From contig JAJRTR010000135.1 in assembly GCA_024278215.1 (NCBI GenBank), positions 11,651 through 75,650 of the forward strand: DNA of 64,000 bases, read 5' to 3'. Position numbers and translations under genes: made by a program. The DNA is from a bacterium. Its GTDB lineage: Bacteria > UBP15 > UBA6099 > JAJRTR01. The notes below the pieces were generated by a model that had not been told where the DNA came from, did no database searches, and saw only the letters and a program-made list of their open reading frames with translations. Shown piece by piece: positions 62,294 to 64,000 of the stretch (the stretch's first letter is position 1; each line of letters starts with the position of its first letter).

Positions 62294-63977
62294 TGGCAGC
62301 CTGCACCTTCGCTGTCGTTTTTGCCTGTTCCTTTTTTCTCTGGTCTTTGAAGTCTTCGAGATCGGGATATTCCATCCTGGAGTGATAGACATTCGCGAGC
62401 GTTTTCGTGAGCGTGAGCCGCAGAGTGTCGATCTGCTTGAGCGTGATATTGCATTCGTCGAACTGTCTGTCGAAGAGCCTGTCCTCGACGATGGAATTGA
62501 CAGTGGTTTCGATAAGTTTTGGTGTCGGCTTATTGATGGAGCGTATGGCGGCCTCGCAGGAGTCGGCGAGCATGACGATGGCGGCCTCGACGGTCTGCGG
62601 TTTCGGGCCGGGATAGCGGAAGCTTTCCTCGGGGACGTCGCCACCGTCGGCGGCCGCGACGGCTTTATTGTGGAAATAAGAGATTTTCGTCGTGCCGTGG
62701 TGTTGCTGAATGATGTCACGTATCTCGTCGGGCAGATTATAATCAAGGGCCATTTCGACGCCGTCCTTAACATGCGAACTTATCACGAGCGCGCTGAGAG
62801 TGGGCGAGATTTCATCGAGCTGGCTGTGTCCTTCCATGCGGTTCTCGGCAAAGAAATATGGACGTTTGATCTTACCTATATCGTGGTAGTAGCAGGCTAT
62901 GCGCACGAGCAGGGCGTTTACGCCCAGGGTTTCGGCGACATTCTCCGCCAGGTTGCCCACGAAGAAAGAGTGATAATATGTGCCGGGCGCGTTTATCAGC
63001 ATTTGTTTCAGGAAAGGCTCTTCGGGGTTCGACAATTCCAGAAGGCGGTGCGAAGTCGTAATGTTGAACAGCCGCTCGAACGCGGGCAGCGAGCCTGTGG
63101 AAACGACGAAAGCCACGATGCCGTTGAGTGCGCCGAAAACAAAAATGTCGAGAACGGCCTGTTGCCAGGTAGTGAATTTTATCAGAGTCAGGATAAAGAT
63201 TGCGGCCATATTCGAGAGCGAAACGGCCGCGCCGGCCTTGAGCATACTGTCCTTGTCCTGCGGTTTGATGGAATAGAAATGCGCGGCCAGGCCGGCGATG
63301 AGCGCCACGAGGAAATGCTCGAGTTGCAGGTTCAGCGTCAATGTGATGACAAGCGCGAGCACCGGCACTGCGACAAGGGACAGCACGGGCCTCAGCAGCA
63401 CGCAAACAAGGATTGTGAATATTGCGATGGGAGCGCCCTGGAGATATCCCGCACCCTGAAAAGTCGCGAACGAGCAGATTACAACGGATGTCGCCGCGGT
63501 AAAGAACATCAGTATACAGAAAATAATGAATCTCTTTTCGTCGCCGTAAATATCGGGCGTTATGGTCCTCATGCACAGGCCGATGACGAGGAATCCGAAC
63601 CCGATGAGGAAAGCGAAACCGACGATTTTCATCCAGGAAGTGCTTCTCGACAACATACCGAGCGTCTTGAGCGCTTTTATGTGGTGCGGAAGTATCCTGT
63701 CGCCTTTGCGCACGATGATCTCGCCTTTGCGCAGGGTTTTCATGACCGGCATGACATCTTCGAGCGCTTTACTTTTTCTCGCGAGGGTAGCTTCCGGGTC
63801 CTCGACGAGGTTTTTCTTTATCGCCGAAAGGATTATCTCGCGAATCGCCGGAACGAGGCCGGTGGATACGCCTTCCTCCCTGGCGAGTTCTTCGATCTTC
63901 GTGCCGATATTCTCCAGTTCATTATCATCAATGACAACATTCGTATCGAGCCTCTTGAGAATTGTGTATGTCTGCAA
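62280..63977 (-). CDS. 7TM-receptor-HD (HDIG) domain membrane phosphohydrolase (YqfF-like); N-terminus may extend beyond the window
   Basis: A multi-transmembrane central region plus a C-terminal HD domain (...YYHDIGKIKRPYFF...HHGTTKISYF...IVMLADSCEA). The synteny HD-hydrolase, ybeY, dgkA matches the Bacillus yqfF-ybeY-dgkA order. Confidence 0.65.
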   Translation of the reverse strand: MQTYTILKRLDTNVVIDDNELENIGTKIEELAREEGVSTGLVPAIREIILSAIKKNLVEDPEATLARKSKALEDVMPVMKTLRKGEIIVRKGDRILPHHIKALKTLGMLSRSTSWMKIVGFAFLIGFGFLVIGLCMRTITPDIYGDEKRFIIFCILMFFTAATSVVICSFATFQGAGYLQGAPIAIFTILVCVLLRPVLSLVAVPVLALVITLTLNLQLEHFLVALIAGLAAHFYSIKPQDKDSMLKAGAAVSLSNMAAIFILTLIKFTTWQQAVLDIFVFGALNGIVAFVVSTGSLPAFERLFNITTSHRLLELSNPEEPFLKQMLINAPGTYYHSFFVGNLAENVAETLGVNALLVRIACYYHDIGKIKRPYFFAENRMEGHSQLDEISPTLSALVISSHVKDGVEMALDYNLPDEIRDIIQQHHGTTKISYFHNKAVAAADGGDVPEESFRYPGPKPQTVEAAIVMLADSCEAAIRSINKPTPKLIETTVNSIVEDRLFDRQFDECNITLKQIDTLRLTLTKTLANVYHSRMEYPDLEDFKDQRKKEQAKTTAKVQAANGKR

Positions 63978-64000
63978 TCTGAGCTGAACCGGCTGGTCTT

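Noticed and set aside
61826-62773. 315 aa ORF-track version of ybeY
   Set aside because: The N-terminal 160 aa are a Ser/Arg/Pro-rich out-of-frame read-through of the HD-hydrolase gene. The true YbeY starts at the ATG at 62293 (MASVEIYN...).
1-64000. CRISPR arrays, rRNA genes, integrases/transposases, prophage blocks
   Set aside because: Scanned for regularly spaced direct repeats, rRNA-like conserved stretches, and tyrosine/serine recombinase or DDE motifs in all ORFs; none found. The only mobile signatures are the non-autonomous repeat families and hicBA.

Overview
This 64 kb window is chromosomal DNA from a moderately GC-rich bacterium, read from raw sequence and the six-frame ORF track only, with no database searches. 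About 45 protein genes can be supported, plus one tRNA-Met and two families of short dispersed repeats. Family and product calls rest on motifs visible in the translations and on general knowledge of those families.

Genes in order, on the strand noted where it matters:
- A CgeB-like glycosyltransferase and the first of two D-aminoacylase paralogs.
- A fusion of a degenerate receiver domain to a PilZ domain, followed by an ABC-2 exporter operon: ATPase, permease, a tandem-duplicated GldG-like accessory protein and a DUF4340-like protein.
- An alpha/beta hydrolase.
- An MthK-like K+ channel with an RCK domain whose 3' end overlaps a separate cyclic-nucleotide-binding protein gene.
- A fused ADP-forming acetyl-CoA synthetase, the second D-aminoacylase and a UDP-sugar dehydrogenase.
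- A complete pilMNOPQ type IV pilus operon on the minus strand.
- tRNA-Met, then a MacB-type ABC ATPase and FtsX-like permease pair.
- An epimerase and two paralogous lysophospholipid-acyltransferase-like genes split by an AT-rich hicBA toxin-antitoxin cassette.
- A 1660 aa secreted or outer-membrane giant protein, then rsmI, ubiB, a divergent pair of STAS-domain proteins and lnt.
- An orphan pair of an FlhB-C-terminal-like protein and a FliK-like protein.
- A redox-complex locus on the minus strand (about 47.4 to 56.2 kb), described below.
- A PmbA/TldD protease, a PAP2 phosphatase, a CPBP protease and the ybeY-dgkA-HD-hydrolase housekeeping trio.

The most striking locus is an Hmc-like transmembrane redox complex with an unusual gene order. 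The order is a cytochrome-b subunit, an HdrD-like CCG iron-sulfur protein, a cytochrome with 15 CxxCH motifs, a Tat-exported iron-sulfur protein, then an NrfD-like membrane protein. A CheY-like response regulator lies downstream. An Rrf2 regulator and a cytoplasmic beta-propeller repeat protein lie upstream.

The second main observation concerns the repeats. A 179 bp MITE-like element has 16 bp terminal inverted repeats and 4 to 5 bp target-site duplications. It has three full copies and three fragments, and two inverted copies bracket a secreted-protein gene. A separate ~190 bp hairpin-bounded element has three copies plus solo hairpins and may be an sRNA or REP-like element.
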